Source of the DNA: Antedon mediterranea
Taxonomy: Eukaryota > Animalia > Echinodermata
NCBI RefSeq assembly: GCF_964355755.1
Contig: NC_092675.1
Coordinates: forward strand, 29,856,912 to 29,920,911
DNA: 64,000 bases
Direction: 5' to 3'
Shown here: in pieces, positions 36,675 through 51,600 of the stretch
How the letters are laid out: every line of letters starts with the position of its first letter
Position numbering within the stretch: the first letter of the stretch is position 1
Made by a program: the position numbers and the translations under genes
Notes under the pieces: generated by a model
The model's database searches: none
What the model was told of the DNA's origin: nothing
The model's input: the letters and a program-made list of their open reading frames with translations, nothing else

Positions 36675-39600
36675 ATGAAGTGGATGTCCTTGTTGCTATG
36701 CATGGTGGCCGTTGCTACGGCGGATAAATTCACAGCACTTGTTGAGCTTGAAAATTCTATTTATATTGAAAATAATATGGTAAATCAATTAAATAGCTAC
36801 ATTCAGGCAGAAGAAAAGAAAATGGAGCATCTTAAAGAGTAAGTAAAATATTTATATCGTTACAAGAATGATATTAATGACCTACACTACAGTATTGTTT
36901 CCACCAAGAGCAACATGATTACGTAGCTATTGAGTGCAACTGTCATTCTGCACATTCTCATATGTTTCTGAGCATGTGCAAAATGACTTTGTTACTTAAT
37001 GATAGGCTCATACCTTAGTGGCGCATCATGAAAACGAATGTACTTATATTGTTACATGACTGTACAACAATCATCTCAACTTTATTTAGGTCATCTTCGT
37101 AAATGATATAAAAAAGCTGTATCTCCCTGATAAAACAGCCAATCAACCATATCTTTCAATACAGTGTGCGATGTGGATTTAAATATATTATACAATTTTA
37201 GTTTAAAAGGATTTAAACTGGTTATTTCCTCGTAGGATAGACAGGCTTTTAGAATAAACACCTTGTTAGAGCAGTTAGTAAGTTTATTTTGCTTGTAGTA
37301 ATGTAAAATAAATGTTTTGTTGAGTATCATTGGTGAGGTCATATAGCCATGAGGTTAGCCTCATGTAGTAAAGATCATATCCATGAGGCCTCTCTAGGGT
37401 TAGCCTCATGTAGTAATTGTTAAGAAAATAATTCATTTAAATGATGAATGATTGATAATCTGGAAAATACATACTACTTTACATGATATTCAATGAAATC
37501 AGAAATGGTTGGTTAAACAGGAGTGTTGAACGCCCTGCTGTGAAACATACTATGACTGTTGTATTCAATGCAACCTTGTCATACCTGACTCAGAAAACAA
37601 GTAGTTTGTGTTGAAACGCAATAACATTTACCAAAATACTGTATACTATACTGTACATTATATAAACAAATTGTATTATTTATTATTACAGTTTTTATTT
37701 ATAATTCATAGATACTATTTTAATGTACAGTGATAATCTTAACCCTTTAAATAATCTCTTCCACTCAACAAAAATCATGCGGCTGATTTACTACAGTATA
37801 AGATATTAATAATATTAATATACGATTTATAAAAGGTTTTCCCTCCCATTTTGTAGCATCTGTACATTATGGCTAGCCAATTTTCATCAATCTTTCAAAA
37901 TTTGGTTGTAGATTCAAAATTATGATTAAAAAAAATATCCTATCCCTGTTCCACTGCCAGGAATCATGGCATCCTATCTTGTCCCACTGAATCAAATTAT
38001 TTCTACTGTAGCATTGGTTTTACATTTCCTTTATGAATCATGGCAAGGAAATACCTAAGGGCCTGTTTCTATAGAGCAGAGAATACGGTTTTGAATACCG
38101 TTCTTTTCAAGAACCGTTTTTTCTTGCCAGCAGAAATGGGTCCCCACAAAAAACCACAAAAAAGAACCGATCTTAAAAACGGTTTCAAAAACCCCAATTT
38201 ATTGCGGTCTCGATCGCAAAGAACCGTTCTGAAACCGGTTTCCGCGGAGCAATTTTTAGCTGCAACATAATCGCGGTCTCAATTTGACCCCAAAAACTGA
38301 ACTCTGCAGTCTGCTGCACTGGGATGATTGCGGTCAACTCGCAGTCAAACTCGCGCGATAGGACCTAGGCCTAAGTCATTTTTATTTCTCTAGATAGTGA
38401 GTATTTTATTTAACTAAAAAATGTTGACCGATGCTATTATGAGGTTCGTAAAAAATATGTGAAGGAAAGAAGATGAGGGGACTTGTCGGGAGTCGGAAGA
38501 AAGACTCGCGTATAATAGGCCTACATGTTTTTAAGAATATTGTAAAGCGTGTGAAAAATAGACAAGTTCAACTTGACAATATCAGAGGGTGCGACGTAGG
38601 CCTACCTATACTTTAACCAAGGACCACAATAACGTTTCAGGTAATAATTCCCCCTTCTATGATGAAATGGATGCTATTTCTTGGGGATCGCGCTATGCGA
38701 AAAAAAGTAAACATGACCTCGATCAAATCGCACTTCCGCCTAACGAACTGCATTGTGGTGTATATAATGACGTCATTCATAACGAACGCACATGGACGGA
38801 ACCGGTTTTATTGGAGTAAAAATTGAGCTGCAACGCGATCTTTATTTATAAACAACAGCCGAAACCGGTTTCCAAAAAACCGTTCTTTTTTTATTTTTCA
38901 ATAGAAACAGGCCCTAAATATACGGTAATTTAACATTTTGTTTGTGCCAAATTCCGGAGTATGAATCAATATTTTACATAATTAATTATCAAACGTCTTA
39001 CTGACAAGCATATTGATCTGTGGAATTTCATAATTATAGAAAGTGTCAGAAAGTATAGACGTCCTTCCTTTTAAATTTATCAATGGTCCTACAGGAAATG
39101 CCAGTATGTTTCCTAGAAAGAATATTAAATCATAGTCTATGTATTGTTAAAGAAATATTTTATTTTTTATTTATTTTATTTCAACACACAGCGAGAAGCC
39201 AATTACAGCATGCCTTACATAAAACAACAAAGCAGAAATATAAAAATATAAAATATCATACAGTACAGAAAGTTAAAAAAGCGTACCAACAGAGTATGCA
39301 ACAGAGCATGAACTTAATATCATTCGATAAGAATTTGTATTGGTATTAATTATTCAGTAGTAAATTTACACACAAAATGTGTAAAATTGTAGGAAACCAG
39401 TAGCCATTCAGTAACTTTTCCAACAGGAAATGGTCAGTTTAATTGACTAGACTACAAGGACGTATGAGTTGCTTTCCCATCTGGGTTGTCTGTAAAACCC
39501 TACAGTGCAATTTGGTGTACTGTACTCTAATTGATGGCCTATGCTTTAGGATAGTAGTTACCAAAATAATACAGGAACAAGGCTAACCAGGTCACGCCCT

Positions 39601-42600
39601 CAATCATCCTAGTTACTAAAATAATATGAATTGCTTTCCAGGTTGGCAAGTAAGTTAACCCGGGTGAGCCAAGAGGCAGTAGAAGACCCTGACCGATACC
39701 TCCATCATCCGGTCAACAGCTTCCTTCTCATCAAACGGTTTCACTATGATTGGCAGGAGGTGGAGAATTTCATTAGACTTGATGAGCCACGCACAGGTAA
39801 GGCTTGTTTACATATTGTATCAATTGATTTACATCTAAAAGCTATACACATGCACTACTATCATTACCTATGTTTTATGTACACTTATGCTGATCTAAAT
39901 CATAAGTAAATCAGCGGTAATTGCTAGTATCACCTCCATGTCGTTAACCCTCTATGTTCAGCCAATAAAACAGAAATTAATTTGGATAAACCACAGTTTC
40001 ACTCTGATAAACTGTAATGTAACTAAAAAATTTATGTAAGAATGTATACATAGTATACAGTACAGTAGCTTCATTTATTCATTTAAAATCTACAAAATTA
40101 TTTCAACCTTTGTACAGACTAGGTGTACAATGTGTGTAATTGAATTATAATCTAGGTCATAGTTTAAACAGAGAAGAGTTGAATTAACTCTTCCCTGGTT
40201 TAAATAACAATTCCATGTGGTAGGGCTACAATCCCGGCTACAATACTTTGATTAATAAGTTTCTATTTTGATAGTCCATTTCACAGTAGCCTCCACTTTT
40301 GTTTTAGGTCAATTCGAGCCTACTTATCTTTGTTTTGTGTTTTTTTATAGATTACATAGCAAACATCTCATCATACAAAGATATTATACCATCAGCCGAA
40401 GATGTTGAGGGCGCTGCTGTGGCATTGCTGAGGTTGCAGGATACGTACAAATTGACGACATCTGCAATATCAAATGGAAGCATACAAGGCACATGGGACA
40501 CAGAACCTCTTTCTGGTATGTGATCATTTGATATTATTAATGTTGGTTTGACTGATTTGATGAATAATGATTGACAGGTGATTCTGACTGACGGATGAAA
40601 TGTTGAGCAATTGACTTAAGCTCTGTCTACACTATCATATGATAAAAAAAGAGTGATGTGCCTAAATATGGTAGTGATATGCTTAAATATGGTAGTGATA
40701 TGACATCATCATGTCCATATATAGGCACATCATATTTTTTTTTCACAAAAATGTTGATAGTGTAGACAGAGCTTTACTTCTTGAGGTTTATTGATTAGCA
40801 ATGATACTTAACATGTAGAGAAGAGACAAGAAACAGGAAAAGGACAATTTGAATGGAAGCTATCAGATTGCTTGTAAAAAGCCAAAATAACTAAACTTCT
40901 CATAAAACTCCTCTGAAAACTAAAACCTTCCCAAACGTCCTATTTCACTCTTACTATTTAAATTGCATGTAAATTAAATTAAATCCGACATTTTGGACCT
41001 GGCCAAGAGTCTCGCGTTTTCTTCTTTTTTTCATTGTTTTTGTAAAAAAGAAATTACAAAATTATTTGTTAAGCCAGCTTAACATTTTACCTCATTCATT
41101 ATAGCTGCCGAGTGTTTTGAGATAGGCCGGGCTGCATACAACAAGGATGATCATTACCACAGTGTACTTTGGATGCAAGAGGCATATAAAAAGATGTTAA
41201 AAGAAGAGAGCACAGATACTAAGAAAATTGTTGTCTTGGACTATTTGGCTTATTCAACATATATGGTACTTTATCCTTTTATTTTGTATTTAAATATGCA
41301 TAATGTTTGTTTAGTGAAAAATTAATTGGTAATGATTTTAATGTTTTTAAGACTTTTTTACAAATTATAATTATATCAAATTCCTAACAAGTATATTTTT
41401 ACTTAAATTATAGCAAGGGAATAAAAATGCAGCTATGATGGTGACAGAAGAACTCCTTAAATTAGGTAAGAATCAGTTAATTTATTAACTTAGATATTCA
41501 AGTTATGTTGTAATGAGGATAAGCTACACTCATTAATATAGTGTATTAGAGTTGAGCTACATCACTCAAATTACAGGGTTATATCATATTATGATTTATT
41601 ATAATATTTCTCGGAAACAAGAAGAAAATCTTGTAAGAAATAATTGTTAACTTTGATTTTATCTGAAAGAAATAAATGTTTATTTGATTTGATATAAATT
41701 GTCAAAAGTTTTTCTTGTGAAAATAAATTGCAATTGAAATACAACCAATGTTTAAACTTGGCCATTTTAAAAACCATATCTGTAACCTTTGACCTTGCAG
41801 ATGACCAGCATGAACGTGCAAAAAGTAATAAAGAATATTTTGAGCATGAAATAGCAAAAGAGAAGAAAGAGAAAGAAGAGAAAAAAGAAGGAGATAACGA
41901 AGATAAAGAAGAAGAAACTGTGGAGGATGAGGACAATGACCTAATGAACATTGCTCCTGGTGATAGACCGTGGAGCGCCCTCAATGAACGTGATCGTTAT
42001 GAAGCTTTGTGTCGTGGAGATGAAAGTGTAGTTAAGGTTTGTATTAAAGTGAAATTTTGTCTTTTAAAAAAAATGTTTACATTTTAAGTTAAAAATACAT
42101 ATTCATATGATGTGAATTTAATATTATGAAATGGTAATGCAGCTTGATTGTTACCTTGCTTTCCAAGTTCTTAGGTCCAAATCCATGCTGTGACACAATA
42201 CCAAGTCTCATAATGTGACAGTTTAGCATGTGTTTAGTTTCTCATTCTTTAAGTGGCAAGTTTGTTTTTTATGTGTGCTGTAATATTTACATTGTTCAAA
42301 TACACCAGACAAATACCAAACACGTTTATGTATATTTGTTATTAGGCTATCATCAATTTGTCTTTGTACACATGTAGTTTGTGAACTGAAACATATGGAC
42401 ACAAACCACCAATTTAATTACTTAATCAAATTATCTTTCATTATCTATTTGAATACATACTTACATGGTGTAGCCATTATTGCTGACTACAGACCTAAGT
42501 GGAAGAATAACTGTGACTTTTAGCTTGAATTGCACACAGGTGTGGACGACAATCTAAGGGTCACTTTGTGTTCTATAGCTGCCACTAAACGGCACCCATG

Positions 42601-45600
42601 TCACCCTCAGCTAAACCCAAGTTTCAATGGAAAGATTTCAAAACATGACCATTTTTTTTTCAAATGTTAGGTTAAAGGGAAACCATGGCAACTAAGATGT
42701 TTCTACAAGCATAACAACGCACCAAGATTATTACTTAGTCCAATCAAAACAGAAGTTGTTTTCAAAAATCCAACTCTATTGTATTACCATGATATAATGG
42801 ATGACAGAGAAATTAAAGTTATCAAGTCATTAGCATTACCAAAGGTAAATAACTTAAATGAAATAACTTAACTGAAATAAATTAAATGAAATAACTTGCT
42901 ATGTATTTTGTTTATTTAAACTCAATTCTATTTGAATATTAAATAAGTATCTTATGAATACAATTTCATGAATACAAAATACACAATTTGTTATAGTTGA
43001 ACAGAGCCACAATTCAAAATCCTAAAACCGGTGTATTAGAATATGCTGAATACCGTATAAGTAAAAGTGCCTGGTTGAAAAGCCATGAACATGCTGTTGT
43101 GCAAAGTGTGAATAATCGTATACAAGATATTACAGGTTTAACAATGGAAACAGCTGAAGAATTACAGGTAGGAAGAACTTTAATATACATCATTATTATA
43201 TTATACATCTGTGTAAGTTAAATGTGTTTAATTTTATTTCGATAATATACATAAAGAAAACACAGATAAGAATAAGTAAACTGCAATCCAGGGCCGTAGC
43301 CAGCAGTACGGTTGGTAAGGTTTCAACATGACCACTTATTCACAGAGGCCTTTGACAACCCAGTGGATTGAACAGAGATTTCACCATTTTCTTGCAAAAA
43401 CTGGACCACTTTATTCCTTGTGGCTGATAGTATGTCCCATATATGACACCATGCTTCAGCAGTTCCACAGCAAATCTCAATAGATATACAGTAGTCCCAT
43501 AAATTGGTCATGTGATAAAATCTATTTTATTGCGACGTCTTGCTATTAGGGCAAGCATCATAAGCCACAGAGACTTCATGGTTGAACAATTTGAAAAACA
43601 TTGTATGAATAAATTATCTTTCCACTTTTCAATTACAGAACTATTTAAAAAAGTATTTCAGCTAAAAGATAACAAAACAAATACTATAATAAAATTATAT
43701 TTATTCATTTCAATAAAAAATGTTATCAAGAGCTCATTTCATAGAGTGCTTATTTTTTTAGGTTGTCAATTACGGAATAGGAGGACAGTATGAACCTCAT
43801 TTTGATTTTGCAAGGGTAAGTAGTAGGTAAATGCGGTTAAAATGGAACAGAATTTCATTAATTGGTACAATCATTTCAAGAAGTTGTATATGAATATATG
43901 TATTACTACATTGAAATAAGATAAAATTGTTTTTACCTTCAAGATGTTAAATTTTACATTTTTTTTACCAAAATGTGTGTAAAAAAGTAAAATTAGAACT
44001 TCTTCTTATTTAAAACGTTCAAAAGTTATTAATATTTATAGTAATAATTTCTGAATTTCTGTTTAATTTAAATTATAGCATACATCAGTACTGTATATTG
44101 TTTGAAATGTTTTTGTATGCAATTAATAATAACATACAGTAGTAGCTACATTTTAATATTAATAATATTGTATTGCATACAATTTATAATTGTTTATATA
44201 TATAAACAGAGAATGTATCCTTTTTCAGGTCAAAGGTTAAGCTTGCTGCTTACATGACCCAAATTCAGTTCTATTCTTTTTATAATCCCCTCATTGTAAG
44301 CATGGAGAAATTAGTATTTCAATTAATATTAAAGTGTGCCTTCACATTTGTTGTTACTATAGGTAACTTATCTATGTTAACTGTAGCATGATTTGTGTTG
44401 TATCAGGGGAGAGTGAGCACTCTTCTCTTCGTTTTGTTGTCTTTTATTTTAGCCACAGCATGGTTTTATTTCGAGCATGATTGATAACACTGGTTTAATG
44501 ATTGTTAGATTTAATTAAAAAGAATATTAATATAGTAATAAATAAAATCAGGGTTTTGCAGGTATATTTCTGTCTTCAACCTAATATTAGATAATTAATG
44601 CGATGTTAGGTATTTTTTTTACTGTATGCTTAATTAGTTTTGTGTAAAATTAAGGAAAAGGATGATCCACTAGAAACTATATGGTTAATTAGTTTTATGT
44701 CAATTGTTGAGGATCGTCAACTGGCACTAACAGGGAAAGTTTATATAATGGATGTAGGATGGTTGATTATATGCAATAGAATTCTTAAACTCAGGAAACC
44801 AGGCTTTCAAAGTTAATGAACTATATAAATATATTTTAGTATTATCAAGGAAGAGTAATATTTACTTTTCTCCAGGACTGTATTATAAAGAAATAAGAAC
44901 ATGTAATGTTTGATGTAATATTTGAGCTGATTTTTTTTACTAGAAAAATAGCAGATACTGTAATAGGGGAACCATTCCATTTAGAATTTATAACCCTGAA
45001 TTAATTATTTAATTTTTCAACTCATAGTTTAATAGTGCGAGTACAGTAGTACTAGAGTACTACTGTAATATTATTAAACTTTAAAGTATGCACTATATGA
45101 ATTTTAGGAGTAATTGCCATTATGGATTTATTTCATTTATTTTTTTTTTCTAAAAGAATGGTTTCATTAGAATTTAAAGCAAGTAGGTTTTGTGCAGGAT
45201 TTTATAAACTCTTATTTATACTTTATTCATATCGTACGATATACTTAGACTTATTAACCACTTATAAGCATGTGCACTTATTTGGCTGAAGGAGATTAGA
45301 TGTTACAGATGTTTTATTGTCTTGCAGAGACCAAATGTTTATAGCGATGGCAATAGATTAGCAACAATGCTATTTTATGTAAGTAACAAGGTGCGCCATT
45401 AGCTGGTAGGATTATTCAGTTATCATTGGTAGTCGGCACGACCCTTGTTACGCCCCTTGTCACGCCCATAATACTTGTATTTAGTACAGAAGCAATCGAA
45501 TGTGTAGTGCTTCTGTTTTGTGTTTACCATTTTACAATTATTTTGTGTGCGTTTCCATGCCATACTACTTTTCTGTGCTTTTCCGTGCCATACCACTGCT

Positions 45601-48600
45601 AACTGAATTTTCCTCCAGCAACTTATTTCTTCATTTTATATAATTATAATTTTTTGTGTTCGTAGAAAGAAGAAGTGAACGCATTCAAAGAACTTGGTAC
45701 TGGTAATAGAATTGCCACACTTCTTTTTTATGTGAGTATGGCAACAGAGAACAGTCGCAAGAACAAAAGCCACTGAGAAAAAAAGCCATTAGACGTTAAA
45801 TTATTACAGAGAGAACTAGATAGTTTTGGACATTTGTTTATTACTTTTTTTATAATTTAATTATATTATTTAATTAAAGTTCTAGACATGAAAATTCAAA
45901 ATATTGAAAATTGATGAATTATCATTTGATTGCTTTTGATTCCTGGTGGCTTTTAGTCTCGCGGCCTTTTGATTTCTACCTCACACTTTGCTGATCAACC
46001 AAGAAAGTCTTTCTTGTGTACACAAAAGTCACGCAGCTTTAACCATAATTATTTACTACTTTCTTGCAATGAATGGACCTTGAGCATGGTTCCCACTAGA
46101 ATGCAACACAGCGATGTATCAACACAAAGTGCTGTATTGCATAATGACAAATGGGTACCAACAACAAAACAGTGTTGCAAGTATCACAGGTTTGATTTCA
46201 AGCAGGCGGGTGAAAATAAAGATGTTGGAAAGGCATTTTCTTACATTGCGTAGGTTGCGTTGTGTCGCTAGTGGCAACCAAGCTTCAAAGGCAACCAGGT
46301 TTAAACAAGTTTGCAGTCTTTTAAGAGGAAAAGCTAAAATGATTCAAGTGATTTTAAATATTAAAAACATGCAATGTATTGTATTCAAATTATACCAAGC
46401 ACCATGTTTATTTATATACTTGCTACTTATAATGTTTCCTAATCATTTTAAATTCCTGGAATAGCATAGGCCAGCACATTGGGTAATTGTTTGATCTGAC
46501 CACTGATGCAAGACCTTCTGTATTGTCTGTTCATGTTCATAATAGCTTGTACTCTAAGGGCCAGGATTTGTTTAACAGGGAATGCTATCATATTAATATT
46601 CTGGCAAAAATAAAGTAGTTCATAATTTTATTTTAGTTAGGGGAATACGCACATCTATCACTCTCCACCTAGCATTACCCACATGGATCCACTCCTGACT
46701 TGAATATTTTTTTTTCGTATTCAATATAACTTGAACTATTTTGTTTTAATTGCTACAACATGCCAGTGAATGCCAGATTATTTGTCACCAAGCAAAGTGT
46801 GTTGGTAAACATAAACAATTTTTAAAAAGTACAATTATGGTTGGTGTGATCAATAATTACATATTGCTACTGTTAAATACAGGGTCTCTAATATTAACAA
46901 TGACATGCACATACTAAGTGTCCAGCTTGTTTAGGAGAGATGTCCAGTGTCACATCTCTACACACTAAAGCACACAAGTTCTTTTTATTAGCCTCATTCT
47001 AGTAATGGAACTTTATTTCTTTTGCTACCATTGGTGTTTTCTTACATTACTTATCAATTTAAACATTGAAACAAGTTAAATGTTATATTTACTCTACTCA
47101 TGCACAATTTGTTTTTGCACTCCAGAAGTTATTTTATATTTTATAACACCATGATGTTGTTCATTATTTGCTCACAATTAGGTGGTTGTACATTGCATGT
47201 TTCAGGTTTTTGTAAAATGTTTCTGAATTTGTTTGAATAAGGTGATGTTGTGGTGCTTCACGTTTTAAGCTGTAAGCTCTGTCTCTACTATCAAACTAGT
47301 TTGACAAAAAAAGTGTGATGTCACTAAATATGGTAGTGATATGCTCAAATATGATAGTGATATGACATCATCATGTCCTTGGACACATCACATAAAGTTT
47401 GATAGTGTAGACAGAGCTTAACTCTGCAGCGTTTACTGATATCCTTTGACGTTCACAGGATAAAACAAATAATGAATGTTTATGAGTAGAATGGAGTCCC
47501 CTGGTTAAATAGACCAGTCCGTCTCATGAAAATAGTTTATCCATTCCACTCATAAAAATTCCTTGTAGATTAATGAATTGGTTCAAATTTAGGTAAATAA
47601 TTTACATTGAAAGAAGATATTTTAATTACCTCTAACACAATTTCAACTAATGATTGATTGGTTTTATTTTTGTCTAAAGATTTTAATTATCTTATCTTCA
47701 ATTTGAATTGCCCTTTGTTTTTTTAGATGAGTGATGTTGAAGCAGGAGGAGCAACAGTCTTTACTGAAGTTGGTGCCAGAATGATGCCAATTAAGGTATG
47801 AATAATTCCAAATAAGGTATGAATGATGCCAAATAAGGTATGAATGATGCCAAATAAGGTATGAATAATACCAAAAATATATGAATAATGCCAAATAAGG
47901 TATGAATGATGCCAAATAAGATATGAATAATGCCAAATAAGGTATGAATAATTCCAAATAAGATATGAATGATTCCAAATAAGGTATGAATGATGCCAAA
48001 TAAGGTATGAATGATGCCAAATAAGGTATGAATGATGCCAAATAAGGTATGAATGATGCCAAATAAGGTATGAATGATGCCAAATAAGGTATGAATGATG
48101 CCAAATAAGGTATGAATGATGCCAAATAAGGTATGAATGATGCCAAATAAGGTATGAATGATGCCAAATAAGGTAGGAATGATGCCAATTAAGGTAAGAA
48201 TGATGCCAAATAAGGTATGAATGATGCCAAATAAGGTATGAATGATGCCAAATAAGGTATGAATGATGCCAAATAAGGTATGAATGATGCCAAATAAGGT
48301 ATGAATGATTCCAAATAAGGTATGAATGATGCCAAATAAGGTATGAATGATGCCAAATAAGGTATGAATGATGCCAAATAAGGTATGAATGATGCCAAAT
48401 AAGGTATGAATGATGCCAAATAAGGTATGAATGATGCCAAATAAGGTAGGAATGATGCCAAATAAGGTAAGAATGATGCCAAATAAGGTATGAATGATGC
48501 CAAATAAGGTATGAATGATGCCAAATAAGGTATGAATGATGCCAAATAAGGTAGGAATGATGCCAAATAAGGTATGAATGATGCCAAATAAGGTATGAAT

Positions 48601-51600
48601 GATGCCAAATAAGGTATGAATGATGCCAAATAAGGTAGGAATGATTCCAAATAAGGTAGGAATGATTCCAAATAAGGTATGAATGATGCCAAATAATGTA
48701 TGAATGATGCCAAATAATGTATGAATAATGCCAAATAAGGTATGAACGATTCCAAATAAGGTATGAACGATTCCAAATAAGGTATGAACGATGCCAAATA
48801 AGGTAAGAACGATGCCAAATAATGTAAGAACGATGCCAAATAATGTAAGAACGATGCCAAATAAGGTATGAATAATGCCAAATAAGGTATGAATGATTCC
48901 AAATAAGATATGAATGATTCCAAATAAGGTATGAATGATTCCAAATAAGATATGAATGATTCCAAATAAGATATGAATGATTCCAAATAAGGTATGAATG
49001 ATTCCAAATAAGGTATGAATGATGCCAAATAAGGTATGAATGATGCCAAATAAGGTATGAATGATTCCAAATAAGGTATGAATGATGCCAAAAAAGGTAT
49101 GAATGATGCCAAATAAGGTATGAATGATGCCAAATAAGGTAAGAATGATGCCAAATAAGGTAAGAATGATGCCAAATAAGGTATGAATGATGCCAAATAA
49201 GGTATGAATGATGCCAAATAAGGTATGAATGATGCCAAATAAGGTAAGAATGATGCCAAATAAGGTATGAATGATGCCAAATGAGGTATGAATGATGCCA
49301 AATGAGGTATGAATGATGCCAAATGAGGTATGAATGATGCCAAATGAGGTATGAATGATGCCAAATGAGGTATGAATGATGCCAAATGAGGTATGAATGA
49401 TGCCAAATGAGGTATGAATGATGCCAAATGAGGTATGAATGATGCCAAATGAGGTATGAATGATGCCAAATGAGGTATGAATGATGCCAAATGAGGTATG
49501 AATGATGCCAAATGAGGTATGAATGATGCCAAATGAGGTATGAATGATGCCAAATGAGGTATGAATGATGCCAAGTGAGGTATGAATGATGCCAAGTGAG
49601 GTATGAATGATGCCAAGTGAGGTATGAATGATGCCAAGTGAGGTATGAATGATGCCAAGTGAGGTATGAATGATGCCAAGTAAGGTATGAATGATGCCAA
49701 ATAAGGTATGAATGATGCCAAATAAGGTATGAATGATGCCAAATAAGGTATGAATGATGCCAAATAAGGTATGAATGATGCCAAATAAGGTATGAATGAT
49801 GCCAAATAAGGTATGAATGATGCCAAATAAGGTATGAATGATGCCAAATAAGGTATGAATGATGCCAAATAAGGTATGAATGATGCCAAATAAGGTATGA
49901 ATGATGCCAAATAAGGTATGAATGATGCCAAATAAGGTATGAATGATGCCAAATAAGGTATGAATGATGCCAAATAAGGTATGAATGATGCCAAATAAGG
50001 TATGAATGATGCCAAATAAGGTATGAATGATGCCAAATAAGGTATGAATGATGCCAAATAAGGTATGAATGATGCCAAATAAGGTATGAATGATGCCAAA
50101 TAAGGTATGAATGATGCCAAATAAGGTATGAATGATGCCAAATAAGGTATGAATGATGCCAAATAAGGTATGAATGATGCCAAATAAGGTATGAATGATG
50201 CCAATTGAGGTATGAATGATGCCAATTGAGGTATGAATGATGCCAATTGAGGTATGAATGATGCCAATTGAGGTATGAATGATGCCAATTGAGGTATGAA
50301 TGATGCCAATTGAGGTATGAATGATGCCAATTGAGGTATGAATGATGCCAATTGAGGTATGAATGATGCCAAGTGAGGTATGAATGATGCCAAGTGAGGT
50401 ATGAATGATGCCAAATGAGGTATGAATGATGCCAAATGAGGTATGAATGATGCCAAATGAGGTATGAATGATGCCAAATGAGGTATGAATGATGCCAAAT
50501 GAGGTATGAATGATGCCAAATGAGGTATGAATGATGCCAAGTGAGGTATGAATGATGCCAAGTGAGGTATGAATGATGCCAAGTGAGGTATGAATGATGC
50601 CAAGTGAGGTATGAATGATGCCAAGTGAGGTATGAATGATGCCAAGTGAGGTATGAATGATGCCAAGTGAGGTATGAATGATGCCAAGTGAGGTATGAAT
50701 GATGCCAAGTGAGGTATGAATGATGCCAAGTGAGGTATGAATGATGCCAAGTGAGGTATGAATGATGCCAAGTGAGGTATGAATGATGCCAAGTGAGGTA
50801 TGAATGATGCCAATTGAGGTATGAATGATGCCAAGTGAGGTATGAATGATGCCAAGTGAGGTATGAATGATGCCAAATGAGGTATGAATGATGCCAAATG
50901 AGGTATGAATGATGCCAAATGAGGTATGAATGATGCCAAATGAGGTATGAATGATGCCAAATGAGGTATGAATGATGCCAAATGAGGTATGAATGATGCC
51001 AAATGAGGTATGAATGATGCCAAATGAGGTATGAATGATGCCAAATGAGGTATGAATGATGCCAAATGAGGTATGAATGATGCCAAATGAGGTATGAATG
51101 ATGCCAAATGAGGTATGAATGATGCCAAATGAGGTATGAATGATGCCAAATGAGGTATGAATGATGCCAAATGAGGTATGAATGATGCCAAATAAGGTAT
51201 GAATGATGCCAAATAAGGTATGAATGATGCCAAATAAGGTATGAATGATGCCAAATAAGGTATGAATGATGCCAAATAAGGTATGAATGATGCCAAATGA
51301 GGTATGAATGATGCCAAATGAGGTATGAATGATGCCAAATGAGGTATGAATGATGCCAAATGAGGTATGAATGATGCCAAATGAGGTATGAATGATGCCA
51401 AGTGAGGTATGAATGATGCCAAATAAGGTATGAATGATGCCAAATGATGTATGAATGATGCCAAATGAGGTATGAATGATGCCAAATGAGGTATGAATGA
51501 TGCCAAGTGAGGTATGAATGATGCCAAGTGAGGTATGAATGATGCCAAGTGAGGTATGAATGATGCCAAGTGAGGTATGAATGATGCCAAGTGAGGTATG

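Noticed and set aside
43290-43660. ORFs 43323-43511 and 43512-43793 in a P4HA intron
   Set aside because: Probably decayed transposon sequence; I cannot assign a family from motifs.
45969-46464. Similar short ORFs at 45969-46253 and 56212-56502
   Set aside because: The similarity comes from MITE family B copies.
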